A stretch of DNA of 64,000 bases from positions 69,358 through 133,357 of the forward strand of contig CAYVHS010000001.1 in the NCBI GenBank assembly GCA_964451495.1, read 5' to 3'. The notes under the pieces are model-generated. The model did not search any database, was not told where the DNA came from, and saw only the letters and a list, made by a program, of their open reading frames with translations. The translations under genes and the position numbers were made by a program. This DNA is from an uncultured Bdellovibrionales bacterium. Lineage in GTDB: Bacteria; Patescibacteriota; Minisyncoccia; Moranbacterales; UBA1568. Shown in pieces: positions 39,229-48,314 of the stretch; positions within the stretch are counted from its first letter, which is position 1, and the number at the start of each line of letters is the position of its first letter.

Positions 39229-40850
39229 TTACCCCACTTTTTTCTGGTTGGACTCAAAATAAAGCATTACTCGTTTCTGGTAATGTTTTACTCGGAATCG
39301 CCCTGATCATATTGGGAAACACTCATGTCTTACCACTAGACCCGGTCAATTTCATTTTCTTTTCCTTTGTCATTTTTTTGTTTGCGCTGTATCGACCAGG
39401 ATGGGCATTTCTCTTTTTTGTCGGATTAATGCCATTTGAAATAATCCACGTCGCACCAGTATCATTTGGTATCGATGTGCGTCCGTATCAGTGGGTAGCA
39501 CTGCTTTTGTTTTTGGCTGTCATACTGCGTTTTTTTGCGCATAAGTTGCCTTTTGATTTGGTGCGACCGAAATGGTTCGATTGGCTCCTTCTCGTGATAC
39601 CAGTAGGTGCTCTCATTGCTATAGTCAATGCTCCGTTTCTGGGGAGCTCTCTGAAACAGGCTCTCGTAGTTTTTTCCTTTGGCCTCGTCTATGCTGTCGG
39701 GAGGATTTTCTGGCAATCATGGGAAGACGTGAAGCAGTCGATACCATTTTTTATAACCTCGAGCTTTGTAGTGCTCTCGTATGCGCTCTGGCAAAATATT
39801 CGCTTTCTTTTCGGAAAGGAGAGTTTCCAAGTGATGACTGGCCGGCCCAATGCGACTTTTTCTGAAGCGGATTGGCTCGGGCTTTTTGTAGTGATAGTAC
39901 TGAGTATCCTCGCCACTTTTGTTTTTCGTATGTTTTTTTCCGAAGAACAAGAACAGAAAGAAAGAAGCATCCCAGAGAGAGTTCTTGACCCAAAGGCGTA
40001 TTTTCTTCTGATTTTTCTGATCTTTACGTTCATTATTCTGATTATCACGGTAGCGCGTAGCGCTTGGCTGGGGACTTTTTTTGCTCTGGCGATGTTTTGT
40101 CTATCCATACTGTTTTCACAGGGAGTAGGGGGAACAAAAAAACTGTTTCATAAGGTAGTCTCTTTTGGTTCCATCATAGTTGTTTCTCTGATGATTGCTT
40201 TCGGTGTTGTTACAGTTTTTCATTTGACGCCGTTCCATCTTTTTGATCGGGCGAGTAGTACGGTTTCTGGATTGCAGACGATTACTCTCGCGTGCGATCA
40301 GCATACTTCTTTACCGATGTCGCTTGGAAAAATTGAGAATCTCGACCAAATATCAGAATGGGGTTGTGAGTATATCACGCTCGAAGACATCGAATCACAG
40401 CGGGCGGCGGGAAAATTCATCACTACCGTACAGCGTGATGACCCGAATATTTCTATCCGTCAGGAAATTTATGCCAAGGTACGCCAAAAGATTCGAGAAT
40501 TTCCTCTTCTTGGTATCGGTTGGGGGAGTATCGCTGCGTTTCTGGGTACGGATGAGCGTGGAGCAGGTCTCAATGCCAGTAATATGTTTTTTGAGATTTG
40601 GCTCGGTAGTGGTTTTATGGGCCTTGTAGCCTTTGTTATTTTTTGGGGGGGCTTGATGGTGATTTCTTTTTGGCGGCTTCCTCGGAGTAGCGGATTTGAA
40701 CGAGGGTTTATTTTATTTCTGATAGCCTCATGGGCCGGTATCTCTGTTTTTAATATGTTTAATTCGGGTATACTGCTCGGGTTCTTCTTCCTCTACTTAG
40801 CTTTGGGTGGACTCATACTAGAAGAGCAGGGGAAAAATAACAAAGACTGA
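39225..40850 (+). CDS. O-antigen ligase / Wzy_C-family polytopic membrane protein
   Basis: ITVARSAWLGTFFALAM motif. About 12 TM helices. Start overlaps the upstream stop (ATGA). Confidence 0.6.
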   Translation: MITPLFSGWTQNKALLVSGNVLLGIALIILGNTHVLPLDPVNFIFFSFVIFLFALYRPGWAFLFFVGLMPFEIIHVAPVSFGIDVRPYQWVALLLFLAVILRFFAHKLPFDLVRPKWFDWLLLVIPVGALIAIVNAPFLGSSLKQALVVFSFGLVYAVGRIFWQSWEDVKQSIPFFITSSFVVLSYALWQNIRFLFGKESFQVMTGRPNATFSEADWLGLFVVIVLSILATFVFRMFFSEEQEQKERSIPERVLDPKAYFLLIFLIFTFIILIITVARSAWLGTFFALAMFCLSILFSQGVGGTKKLFHKVVSFGSIIVVSLMIAFGVVTVFHLTPFHLFDRASSTVSGLQTITLACDQHTSLPMSLGKIENLDQISEWGCEYITLEDIESQRAAGKFITTVQRDDPNISIRQEIYAKVRQKIREFPLLGIGWGSIAAFLGTDERGAGLNASNMFFEIWLGSGFMGLVAFVIFWGGLMVISFWRLPRSSGFERGFILFLIASWAGISVFNMFNSGILLGFFFLYLALGGLILEEQGKNNKD

Positions 40851-40857
40851 ATCACCT

Positions 40858-42009
40858 ATGCATACTTTCGCTATCGACATCCGATTGATCGGCAAAAAAC
40901 GTACTGGCGATGAAACAGTGTTTTTTCATCTTACCAAAGAGCTCATAGAGCTGGATAAAGAAAATCGATACATCCTGGTGACAGATATTTCGGATAGAGA
41001 GACACTGGCCATCATCCGCGGCCGGCTCGGCTGCGTAGGACAGGAGAATGTAGAAATCGTATCTCTTTTTGGAAAAAACCGCTTTGTCTGGAATCTTCTG
41101 TCGCTCCCAATCTTTTTGTTGCGTCAAAAAATCGACACGTACCATACGCAGTATATTCTGCCATTCTTCGTGCCGGCACGGACCAAAGTTATAACACATA
41201 TCCACGATGTATCTTTCCGAGCATATCCAGAACTTATCTCATGGAAAGACCGTTTTTTTCTTTGGCTACTCATACCATCAGCCCTCAGACGGGCCGCGCT
41301 TATCGTTACACCCTCGCATTTTACTAAAGATGAAATCATACAATATTATACTATTGCGCCGGAGAAAATTGTCGTGATACCCAACGCTTTGGGGAGTGAT
41401 TTTCTCGCTTCCATTTCGGATAAGCAAGCCGATGCAGCCCGAGTACGCGAGAAATATCATCTTCCAGCGGAGTATTTGGTGTATGTCGGCACTCTGCAGC
41501 CTCGAAAAAACATCCCGTTTCTTATCGAAGCATTTGCCAGTCTCAAAAAGCGTCTCCCTGGAATAAAACTGGTCTTGGTGGGTAATCGGAAGGGGTATCA
41601 TACAGATGTGCGTCTTGATACCACCCTCAATCGTCTTAGTGTAGCGGAAGATATCATTTTTCCTGGTTTTATTGATCAAAATGACTTGCCAGGAGTCATC
41701 CGAGGAGCGAAAATATTTGTTTTCCCTTCTCTTTATGAAGGATTTGGCATTCCGCTTTTAGAGGCTATGAGCCAAGACGTGCCTGTCGCCGCATCGGATA
41801 TTCCGAGTCTTCGGGAAGTTGCCCTGTATGCAGCGGTCTATTTCGACCCTATGACCCTTGCTTCATGTGAGGAAAAATTGTATAATCTTTTCATTGACCA
41901 AGAGCAGCGTATGGCTTTTATTCGCCTCGGAAAAGACCGCGTTCAAGCCTTCTCTTGGAAAGAGAGCGCTTCCCTTTTGCTTCAGGCGTATACCCGGCTT
42001 TCGAAGTGA
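40858..42009 (+). CDS. GT4-family glycosyltransferase
   Basis: EGFGIPLLEAMSQDVPVAAS E-x7-E motif. Confidence 0.85.
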   Translation: MHTFAIDIRLIGKKRTGDETVFFHLTKELIELDKENRYILVTDISDRETLAIIRGRLGCVGQENVEIVSLFGKNRFVWNLLSLPIFLLRQKIDTYHTQYILPFFVPARTKVITHIHDVSFRAYPELISWKDRFFLWLLIPSALRRAALIVTPSHFTKDEIIQYYTIAPEKIVVIPNALGSDFLASISDKQADAARVREKYHLPAEYLVYVGTLQPRKNIPFLIEAFASLKKRLPGIKLVLVGNRKGYHTDVRLDTTLNRLSVAEDIIFPGFIDQNDLPGVIRGAKIFVFPSLYEGFGIPLLEAMSQDVPVAASDIPSLREVALYAAVYFDPMTLASCEEKLYNLFIDQEQRMAFIRLGKDRVQAFSWKESASLLLQAYTRLSK

Positions 42010-42036
42010 GAGCCTTAATTTTTTTCAAGAATATTT

Positions 42037-43251
42037 ATGGTAGAAAAGACATCATTACGGGATCATCCGGTGAACACAAAAAAGCGATGGCTGCGTGTCG
42101 CGCTCTTTTTTGTGATTCTCCTCGCTATCGGCGGTGGAATCGTTTTTTGGAAAGCTGGTTCGATTCTCAATAAAGTTACTCAAGGCAATGCGAATATTTT
42201 TGGTAGCCTGATGAAATCTATTCCCGGGGTTGAGCAAAAGCTCATTGGTGAAGATGCTGGACGTATCAATATCCTCTTGCTGGGTATGCGCGGAGAGGGC
42301 GTAGTGGGCGGTGGTCTACTCGCTGATACTATCATGGTACTTTCTATTCATCCGAAACAGAATGATCAGGATACCTCCAAGGCATCTCTCATCTCTATCC
42401 CACGTGATTTATATGTGAAGATTCCCGGACAAGATTGGCAGGCGAAAATCAATGCTACCTATGCCGAAGGAGAGAAGCGCGCACTGCATAAAGGTGGCAT
42501 CGAAGATATGCGGACTATTGTCGGTGAAGTGACGGGTCTTGATATTCCATACGCAGTCACCATCAATTTTCAGGGGTTCAAGGATCTCGTGAATGCCGTG
42601 GGTGGTGTCACAGTCCATCTTGACCAGCCGTTTGAAGAGAATTCGCAGTTTCGTGGTTTGAAGCACCGTTGTGATGGATTGAAGTACACAGTCTTTTCTG
42701 GTGAATACGAAGAGAAGCACATCCAGCGAAAGAATGGTACATACTATGCTAACCCGAAACGTTACCCTCTCTGTTTCGAAAAAATGACTACACAAGCCGT
42801 CTCTGAGCTTGAGTGTAGTGGTGATTTCAAGCTGCCCGCTGGTGATAATTTGCTCGATGGCGATAAGGCGCTTTGCTACGCTCGTTCTCGTGAAACATCC
42901 AGTGATTTTGCGCGCGCAGCGAGACAACAGGAGATTATCAAGTTGATTAGGGCTAAAGCCCTGAGTCTCGGAACGTTGACCGATTTTTCGAAAGTGAGTG
43001 CCATGATGGATAGTCTCGGAAACAATATGAGCACCAATATGGAGGCCTGGGAATTGAAGCACCTGTTTGACTTGTATCAGAAGGCAGGCGACGCCGGTCA
43101 AATCAATCAGAAAGTACTCAGCACAGCAGACGATGGGCTATTATATTTCCCCGAGAGAAGCAGATACCCAGGAGCCGGATCTATCATTCTTCCACTGGGA
43201 GATAACTATGATCGCATACACGAGCTTTTCGCAAATTCTCTCAACTACTAA
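42037..43251 (+). CDS. LytR-CpsA-Psr (LCP) family glycopolymer phosphotransferase
   Basis: N-terminal TM helix. INILLLGMRGEG..DTIMVLSIHP..LISIPRDLYVKIPG core LCP motifs. Confidence 0.85.
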   Translation: MVEKTSLRDHPVNTKKRWLRVALFFVILLAIGGGIVFWKAGSILNKVTQGNANIFGSLMKSIPGVEQKLIGEDAGRINILLLGMRGEGVVGGGLLADTIMVLSIHPKQNDQDTSKASLISIPRDLYVKIPGQDWQAKINATYAEGEKRALHKGGIEDMRTIVGEVTGLDIPYAVTINFQGFKDLVNAVGGVTVHLDQPFEENSQFRGLKHRCDGLKYTVFSGEYEEKHIQRKNGTYYANPKRYPLCFEKMTTQAVSELECSGDFKLPAGDNLLDGDKALCYARSRETSSDFARAARQQEIIKLIRAKALSLGTLTDFSKVSAMMDSLGNNMSTNMEAWELKHLFDLYQKAGDAGQINQKVLSTADDGLLYFPERSRYPGAGSIILPLGDNYDRIHELFANSLNY

Positions 43252-43265
43252 CAGAAGAGGAATCC

Positions 43266-44087
43266 ATGGCATCAAAGAAACTGACTATCGCCGTCAATGG
43301 GTATAAGAATTCAGAACTCCTACGTCTCTGTCTGACTTCTGTGTTCCGTGAAATGGAGAAGAGTGATATTGATTATGAAGTACTGGTAGCAGATAGCGCG
43401 ACAGAAGAAGATACAGAAATGCTCATGCGCGAAGAGTTCCCCCAAGTGAAATTTTTTCCTTTCTGTGAAAATGTCGGATTTAAAACATTGGTGAACGTGT
43501 CACTTCATGAAGCTAAGGGCGAATACGTCTTGTTTATCAATAACGATATCGTCCTCACCGAAGGAGCTGTGCCCAAGATGCTTGGTTATCTCGAGTCGCA
43601 TCCGGAAATCGGGATATTGGGGCCGAAACAAATGAATTTTAACGGTGCGCCGCAGCAGAGCTGTTTTCGCTTCTATCGATTAGAGACGATTCTCTATCGC
43701 CGTACATGGCTTGGCAGACTCCCATTCGCAAAAAAGCATCTTGACTGGTTCATGATGAAGGATTATGACCATCACCAGCCGAAAAATACCGATTGGATCA
43801 TCGGATCAGCTATGTTAGTCTCTCGGGAAAAGGCACTCGCTATCGGTGATATGGATAACCGATTTTTCATGTATATGGAAGATGTTGATTGGTGTCGGCG
43901 TTTCTGGGAGCATGGGTATAGAGTCGTGTATTATCCGGAAGTATTTGTGTATCACTATCATGCGAAGGGGAGTGCTCGAGGAGGATTTCTCGGTTCGCTT
44001 TTGTTTAATCGCCTGACGTGGTATCACATCGAAAGCGCCTTCCGCTATTTTTGGAAATATCGCCATCGAACGCTTCCGTCTACATAG
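43266..44087 (+). CDS. Family 2 glycosyltransferase
   Basis: LTIAVNGYKNSELL..VADSATEEDT..FINNDIVL (DxD)..DWCRRFWEHGYRV. Confidence 0.85.
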   Translation: MASKKLTIAVNGYKNSELLRLCLTSVFREMEKSDIDYEVLVADSATEEDTEMLMREEFPQVKFFPFCENVGFKTLVNVSLHEAKGEYVLFINNDIVLTEGAVPKMLGYLESHPEIGILGPKQMNFNGAPQQSCFRFYRLETILYRRTWLGRLPFAKKHLDWFMMKDYDHHQPKNTDWIIGSAMLVSREKALAIGDMDNRFFMYMEDVDWCRRFWEHGYRVVYYPEVFVYHYHAKGSARGGFLGSLLFNRLTWYHIESAFRYFWKYRHRTLPST

Positions 44088-44128
44088 TAATCTCTGTGTG
44101 AAAATAACAAATATATTATTTAATTTTT

Positions 44129-45403
44129 ATGACTGATGCTCCTCTGCCAACTCTTACAGAATACGAACGCGGACAGAAAATATTCCGCCGGGCGTTTATT
44201 TTTTTTCTGATACTTTTTCTCATAGGAGGAGCTTTTTGGTCTGGTTATGAACAGGGAAAGGGAGCCGTCGTCTCGGGAAGTGATTCGACGCAGATGCTAT
44301 CTCCAGAAGATACTGTTTTTCTCAATAAGACGAGTCAGGACAAGACAATCGATTTCTCGCTTTTTTGGAAGGTTTGGGGGCTTCTAAAAGACAAGTATGT
44401 CGATAAATCTAAACTCGATGCCCATGAGCTTTTTTATGGCGCTATAAAAGGGATGCTTGCTGCTACAGGGGACCCCTATACGACTTTTTTCGACCCTAAA
44501 GAGAATCAGTCGTTCAAAGAGGATATATCCGGTACCTTCGAGGGCATCGGAGCAGAAATGGGCATCAAAGATAATATCCTGACCATTATCGCTCCGCTTG
44601 AGGGTATGCCAGCTGAAAAAGCTGGGCTTATGGCCGGAGACAAGGTACTCAAAGTGAACGGAGAAAATATAGCGAGTTTTTCTCTCGAGGAAGCAGTCAA
44701 TAAAATTCGCGGACAGAAAGGCACAGAGGTCGTTTTGACTATTTTTCGAAGTGGTGATGAGGGAACGAGAGATATTGCTGTAAAACGCGATATTATTTTA
44801 GTTAAAAGCGTGCGTTTTGAGATGAAAGATTCCGATATTGCTTATATTCGCGTCAGTCGTTTTGGGGAAGATACGGAGAAGGAGTTTAGTGATGCCGTGA
44901 AACAGACTACTCAAAAGAAGGCTAAGGGTCTGATTGTTGATTTGCGTAATAATCCAGGAGGATTTTTGGAGAGCGCTGTGAATATGGGGAGTCTCATGCT
45001 TCCGAGCGGAAAAGTGGTGGTCATGGAAGAAAGCGGAACAGGTGTACGCAGAGAGATGAAGGCGCGCGGAGGGGATGTGCTTTCTGGACTGCCTACGGTA
45101 GTACTTATCAATGAAGGGAGCGCGAGTGCTTCTGAGATTCTAGCAGGTGCGCTCAAGGATAATCGCACCAATGTTACTCTAGTAGGTAAGAAATCTTTTG
45201 GCAAAGGATCGGTGCAGGAGCTCCTTCCTGTGAATAAGGAGACATCGGTAAAAATTACTGTTGCTCGTTGGTTGACACCAGCTGGTAAGCAAATTCACAA
45301 TGTCGGCATATCACCAGATGAGGAAATAGCACTTTCAGCTGATGATGTGAAAAATGAGCGTGATCCTCAGCTTGATAAAGCAGTCGAGATTTTGAAAAGA
45401 TAA
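44129..45403 (+). CDS. ctpA: S41 carboxyl-terminal processing peptidase (CtpA/Prc-like) with PDZ domain
   Basis: GLIVDLRNNPGG, SASASEILAGAL and FGKGSVQ motifs. A PDZ-like segment GDKVLKVNGENI. Confidence 0.85.
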   Translation: MTDAPLPTLTEYERGQKIFRRAFIFFLILFLIGGAFWSGYEQGKGAVVSGSDSTQMLSPEDTVFLNKTSQDKTIDFSLFWKVWGLLKDKYVDKSKLDAHELFYGAIKGMLAATGDPYTTFFDPKENQSFKEDISGTFEGIGAEMGIKDNILTIIAPLEGMPAEKAGLMAGDKVLKVNGENIASFSLEEAVNKIRGQKGTEVVLTIFRSGDEGTRDIAVKRDIILVKSVRFEMKDSDIAYIRVSRFGEDTEKEFSDAVKQTTQKKAKGLIVDLRNNPGGFLESAVNMGSLMLPSGKVVVMEESGTGVRREMKARGGDVLSGLPTVVLINEGSASASEILAGALKDNRTNVTLVGKKSFGKGSVQELLPVNKETSVKITVARWLTPAGKQIHNVGISPDEEIALSADDVKNERDPQLDKAVEILKR

Positions 45404-45426
45404 GAGGCGTTGATATGAGTAATTGG

Positions 45427-45455
45427 CTTGACTTGAGCGCTCTATTTTTTTACAA
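45427..45455 (+). promoter_or_regulatory. Sigma70-like promoter TTGACT-N17-TACAAT upstream of groES
   Basis: Hexamers read from the sequence. No CIRCE-like inverted repeat seen. Confidence 0.45.
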
Positions 45456-45496
45456 TAGAAGAGCCAGTAATGGATAAATCATACACTACGAACACT

Positions 45497-45772
45497 ATGA
45501 AAAAGATTAACGTGACACCGCTCGGAGAAAATGTTCTCGTGCATCCCGAAAAACCAGCAGAGAAAACTGCTGCCGGTATCTATCTTCCCGAAACAGTCAG
45601 TCAGGAGCGTTCGCAACTTGGCGAAGTGGTGGCTATTGGTGAAAGCGATAAGATCAAAGTAAAGACTGGTCAGAAGATTCTTTTTAGGCGTTATGGCGGC
45701 GAAGAAGTGAAGATAGAAGGGGAAGAGTACCTCATCGCGAGCTACAAGGATATCTTGGCGATTATCGAGTAA
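45497..45772 (+). CDS. groES: Co-chaperonin GroES (Cpn10)
   Basis: MKKINVTPLGENVLV..AAGIYLPET..GEVVAIGE, about 91 aa from the internal ATG. The track ORF starts 9 codons earlier. Confidence 0.85.
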   Translation: MKKINVTPLGENVLVHPEKPAEKTAAGIYLPETVSQERSQLGEVVAIGESDKIKVKTGQKILFRRYGGEEVKIEGEEYLIASYKDILAIIE

Positions 45773-45810
45773 ATTCTAGCCCATATATTTCTCAAACTAA
45801 AAAAACATCC

Positions 45811-45840
45811 TCAGCTCAGGATGTTTTTTAGCTTTCATTA
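45811..45840. terminator. Bidirectional rho-independent terminator (acatcct/aggatgt)
   Basis: A-tract, 7-bp stem, then T-tract, between groES and the convergent rhodanese-like gene. Confidence 0.65.
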
Positions 45841-45860
45841 ACTCATGAAGCGAAGTGAAA

Positions 45861-46676
45861 TCATTTTTCGAGCGGTAAAGGAGAGGTCGTAGAGAGATGA
45901 TCATTGCCCGATAGGGTTTTGGCGGCGAGAATGTTGAGATCAAAAAGACGAACGCCCGATTGGAAAGAGACGAGTTCATTTTCTCCGTAGACGATAACGA
46001 GTTTGGCTGGAGGAATTTCTTTTGCTCTTTTTTCTATTTGATCCAGTGGGATATTAGTAGCGCCTTTAATATGATTTTTTTCAAAATTTTGGACTGATTG
46101 CGTATCGAGAATAAAAATATTAGCAGGCGGATGAGAAAGGAGTGTCTTGAGCGCATCCGGAGAAATATAGGTTATTTTAGCTTGGTCGACAAATGAGTTG
46201 GGATTGCCAAAAGAAACGGTCTGATAGCTACTTGTCTTCCATCGCTCGAATCCTCCTTGGAGAAAAAAATACGTATATGATTTTTGATTGAGGATATTTT
46301 TGGCCGCCTCAAATGTTTGCTTGTCCTGTTCTGAGAAGATGATAACTACCTGTTCGTCTTTTTCTGGAGAAAATCCGACCAGGCTACTAATGGGAATAGA
46401 AATCGAATGGAGAACATGTTCTGTTTTATAGTCTTCGTTTGAGCGCACATCAATCAGTTTGAGGGTCTCGCCATTGTTTATTTTCTTTTGAAGCACATCG
46501 GGGGCTATTGTCGGAGTATTTTTAGCCCCTTCCTCGTTTTTTGTGTAAATATCCCCATCACCTTCGACTTCTGGTGAGGCGAAAAAGGCTTTACCTATGA
46601 AATAAACTCCCACAAAAAAAATCAAAATACCGCCAATAAAAACCGTTTTGATATCGCGATGATTATGCCTAGTCAT
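45861..46676 (-). CDS. Membrane-anchored tandem rhodanese-like domain protein (no catalytic Cys seen)
   Basis: N-terminal TM helix. LIDVRSNEDYKTEHVLHSISIP and ILDTQSVQNFEKNHIKGATNIP rhodanese signatures. Active-site Cys positions are not occupied by Cys. Confidence 0.5.
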   Translation of the reverse strand: MTRHNHRDIKTVFIGGILIFFVGVYFIGKAFFASPEVEGDGDIYTKNEEGAKNTPTIAPDVLQKKINNGETLKLIDVRSNEDYKTEHVLHSISIPISSLVGFSPEKDEQVVIIFSEQDKQTFEAAKNILNQKSYTYFFLQGGFERWKTSSYQTVSFGNPNSFVDQAKITYISPDALKTLLSHPPANIFILDTQSVQNFEKNHIKGATNIPLDQIEKRAKEIPPAKLVIVYGENELVSFQSGVRLFDLNILAAKTLSGNDHLSTTSPLPLEK

Positions 46677-46709
46677 AGGCGTGATTTTTTTATCAAATTT
46701 TTAGAGACG

Positions 46710-47777
46710 CTATTGTAGTAGGGTCCCGATAATGTCTTTATTGCCACGCATAAATTCGGCGATATCTATTTGTGTCTTTCCTTCGAGCTGAACTTTTTCG
46801 AGAAAGACGACACCCATACCTGTCTGGACCCCTATTTTTTCACCAAGCTCGAACACTTGACCAATAGCATACGCTGTTTGGGGGGATTGTTTTTGATAAG
46901 AAATCTGATGCATCTTGAGGCGGATAGTCCCGTCGTCTTGTCTCCAAAAGGTGAAAATGCCAGGCCATGGTGAGAGAGCACGATAGCGGTTGTAGATACT
47001 TTCGGCATCATCTGTCCACATGATGTGCCCATCTTCGCGCTCAATCAACTGACAGAGAGTCGCCCGCTCGCCATCTTGAGGAACAGGAGAGATGTTTCGT
47101 TTTACCCAAAGCGGTATCGTTTCAAGTAGGAGATCCTTACTTGCCTCAGTAAGCTTGATAAGGAGCAAATCCTTGGTATCTGTCGTATCGATAGAAACGT
47201 GTTTCTGAGCGAGAATATCTCCAGTATCCATGCCTTGGTCCATGAGCATGATGGTGATGCCCGTCTCTGTCTCCCCGGCCAGAAGAGCATTCTGTATCGG
47301 TGACGCGCCACGCCATTTTGGCAGGAGTGAAGCATGCACATTCACGCAGCCGAATCCCGGAATTTTAAGCAGTTCTGGTGGAAGGATTTTCCCGTAAGCA
47401 GCGACGATAATCAAATCAGGTTTTAATTCGGAAATTTTTTTGATTATTTCTTTGTCGAGTTTTTGTGGCTGTTCGATAGGGAGGTTATTTCTGAGAGCCA
47501 CTTCTTTGACTGCGCTCATAGTAGCCTCTTGTTTCCGACCTGCTGGCTTGTCGGGCTTGGTCACGACAGAAACGATGTGATACTGCTTCTCAATGAGGCT
47601 TTCCAAAAGAGTAGCAGCAAACTGAGGTGTCCCCATGAAAATCACGCGAATTTTCGGTGCCCCATGAAAGTGTATCTCTCTTTGTATGTCCGTATCCGAA
47701 GATCCGTGAGGTTGAGCATTTTCCTCTATCGAAGCATCTTCTTTTTTTGACCGAATTATATCAAGCCAGGCTGCCAT
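46710..47777 (-). CDS. fmt: Methionyl-tRNA formyltransferase
   Basis: IFMGTPQFAA..VNVHASLLPKWRGASPIQ. The N-terminal extension of about 40 aa in the track ORF is doubtful; a GTG at RVIF may be the true start. Confidence 0.85.
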   Translation of the reverse strand: MAAWLDIIRSKKEDASIEENAQPHGSSDTDIQREIHFHGAPKIRVIFMGTPQFAATLLESLIEKQYHIVSVVTKPDKPAGRKQEATMSAVKEVALRNNLPIEQPQKLDKEIIKKISELKPDLIIVAAYGKILPPELLKIPGFGCVNVHASLLPKWRGASPIQNALLAGETETGITIMLMDQGMDTGDILAQKHVSIDTTDTKDLLLIKLTEASKDLLLETIPLWVKRNISPVPQDGERATLCQLIEREDGHIMWTDDAESIYNRYRALSPWPGIFTFWRQDDGTIRLKMHQISYQKQSPQTAYAIGQVFELGEKIGVQTGMGVVFLEKVQLEGKTQIDIAEFMRGNKDIIGTLLQ

Positions 47778-47811
47778 AATGATTTTCTATTTTATTTATT
47801 TGTATACATCT

Positions 47812-48303
47812 TTAAAAGAGACGTTCGAGGATGGCTGATTGTTCTCTATTTCCCTTTTGTTGTTTTTTGAAGCGATTGCAGATGAGGATACCATCAAGAT
47901 GATCGATTTCATGTTGGATGACAATAGCGAGAAATCCATCAGCGCGTAATTTTTTCGGAAGACCTTTCTCGTTCTGATATTTAAGAGTGATACTTTCGGA
48001 ACGGACAACCGGGAAAAATTGATTTGGGAGACTCAGACAGCCTTCTTCATACACGATTTTTTCCTGAGAATACGAGGTGATCTCAGGATTGATAAGATAA
48101 AAAATTTCTTCGTCTACTTCGAGGACCGCGAGTCTGATGGATTTTCCGATCTGAGGAGCAGCGAGTCCTGTGCCATGTTCTCGATACATCGCTTCGAGCA
48201 TCTCTGGTAACAGAGCCTGTATTTCTGGAGCGAGAGGATCAGGAATCAACTCTGTTTTTTTGAGAAGAATGTCAGTGGTTGCGCCGGTGACAAGTGTCAG
48301 CAT
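47812..48303 (-). CDS. def: Peptide deformylase
   Basis: EGCLSLP and QHEIDHLDG motifs. 163 aa from the ATG at minus 48303. The track start at 48351 is a TTG. Confidence 0.85.
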   Translation of the reverse strand: MLTLVTGATTDILLKKTELIPDPLAPEIQALLPEMLEAMYREHGTGLAAPQIGKSIRLAVLEVDEEIFYLINPEITSYSQEKIVYEEGCLSLPNQFFPVVRSESITLKYQNEKGLPKKLRADGFLAIVIQHEIDHLDGILICNRFKKQQKGNREQSAILERLF

Positions 48304-48314
48304 AGGAGTACGTG

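Noticed and set aside
46710-47777. A 40-aa N-terminal extension on Fmt as a real feature
   Set aside because: The extension has no Shine-Dalgarno sequence and is absent from canonical Fmt. An in-frame GTG at RVIFMGT is a plausible true start, so the extension is treated as an ORF-calling artefact.
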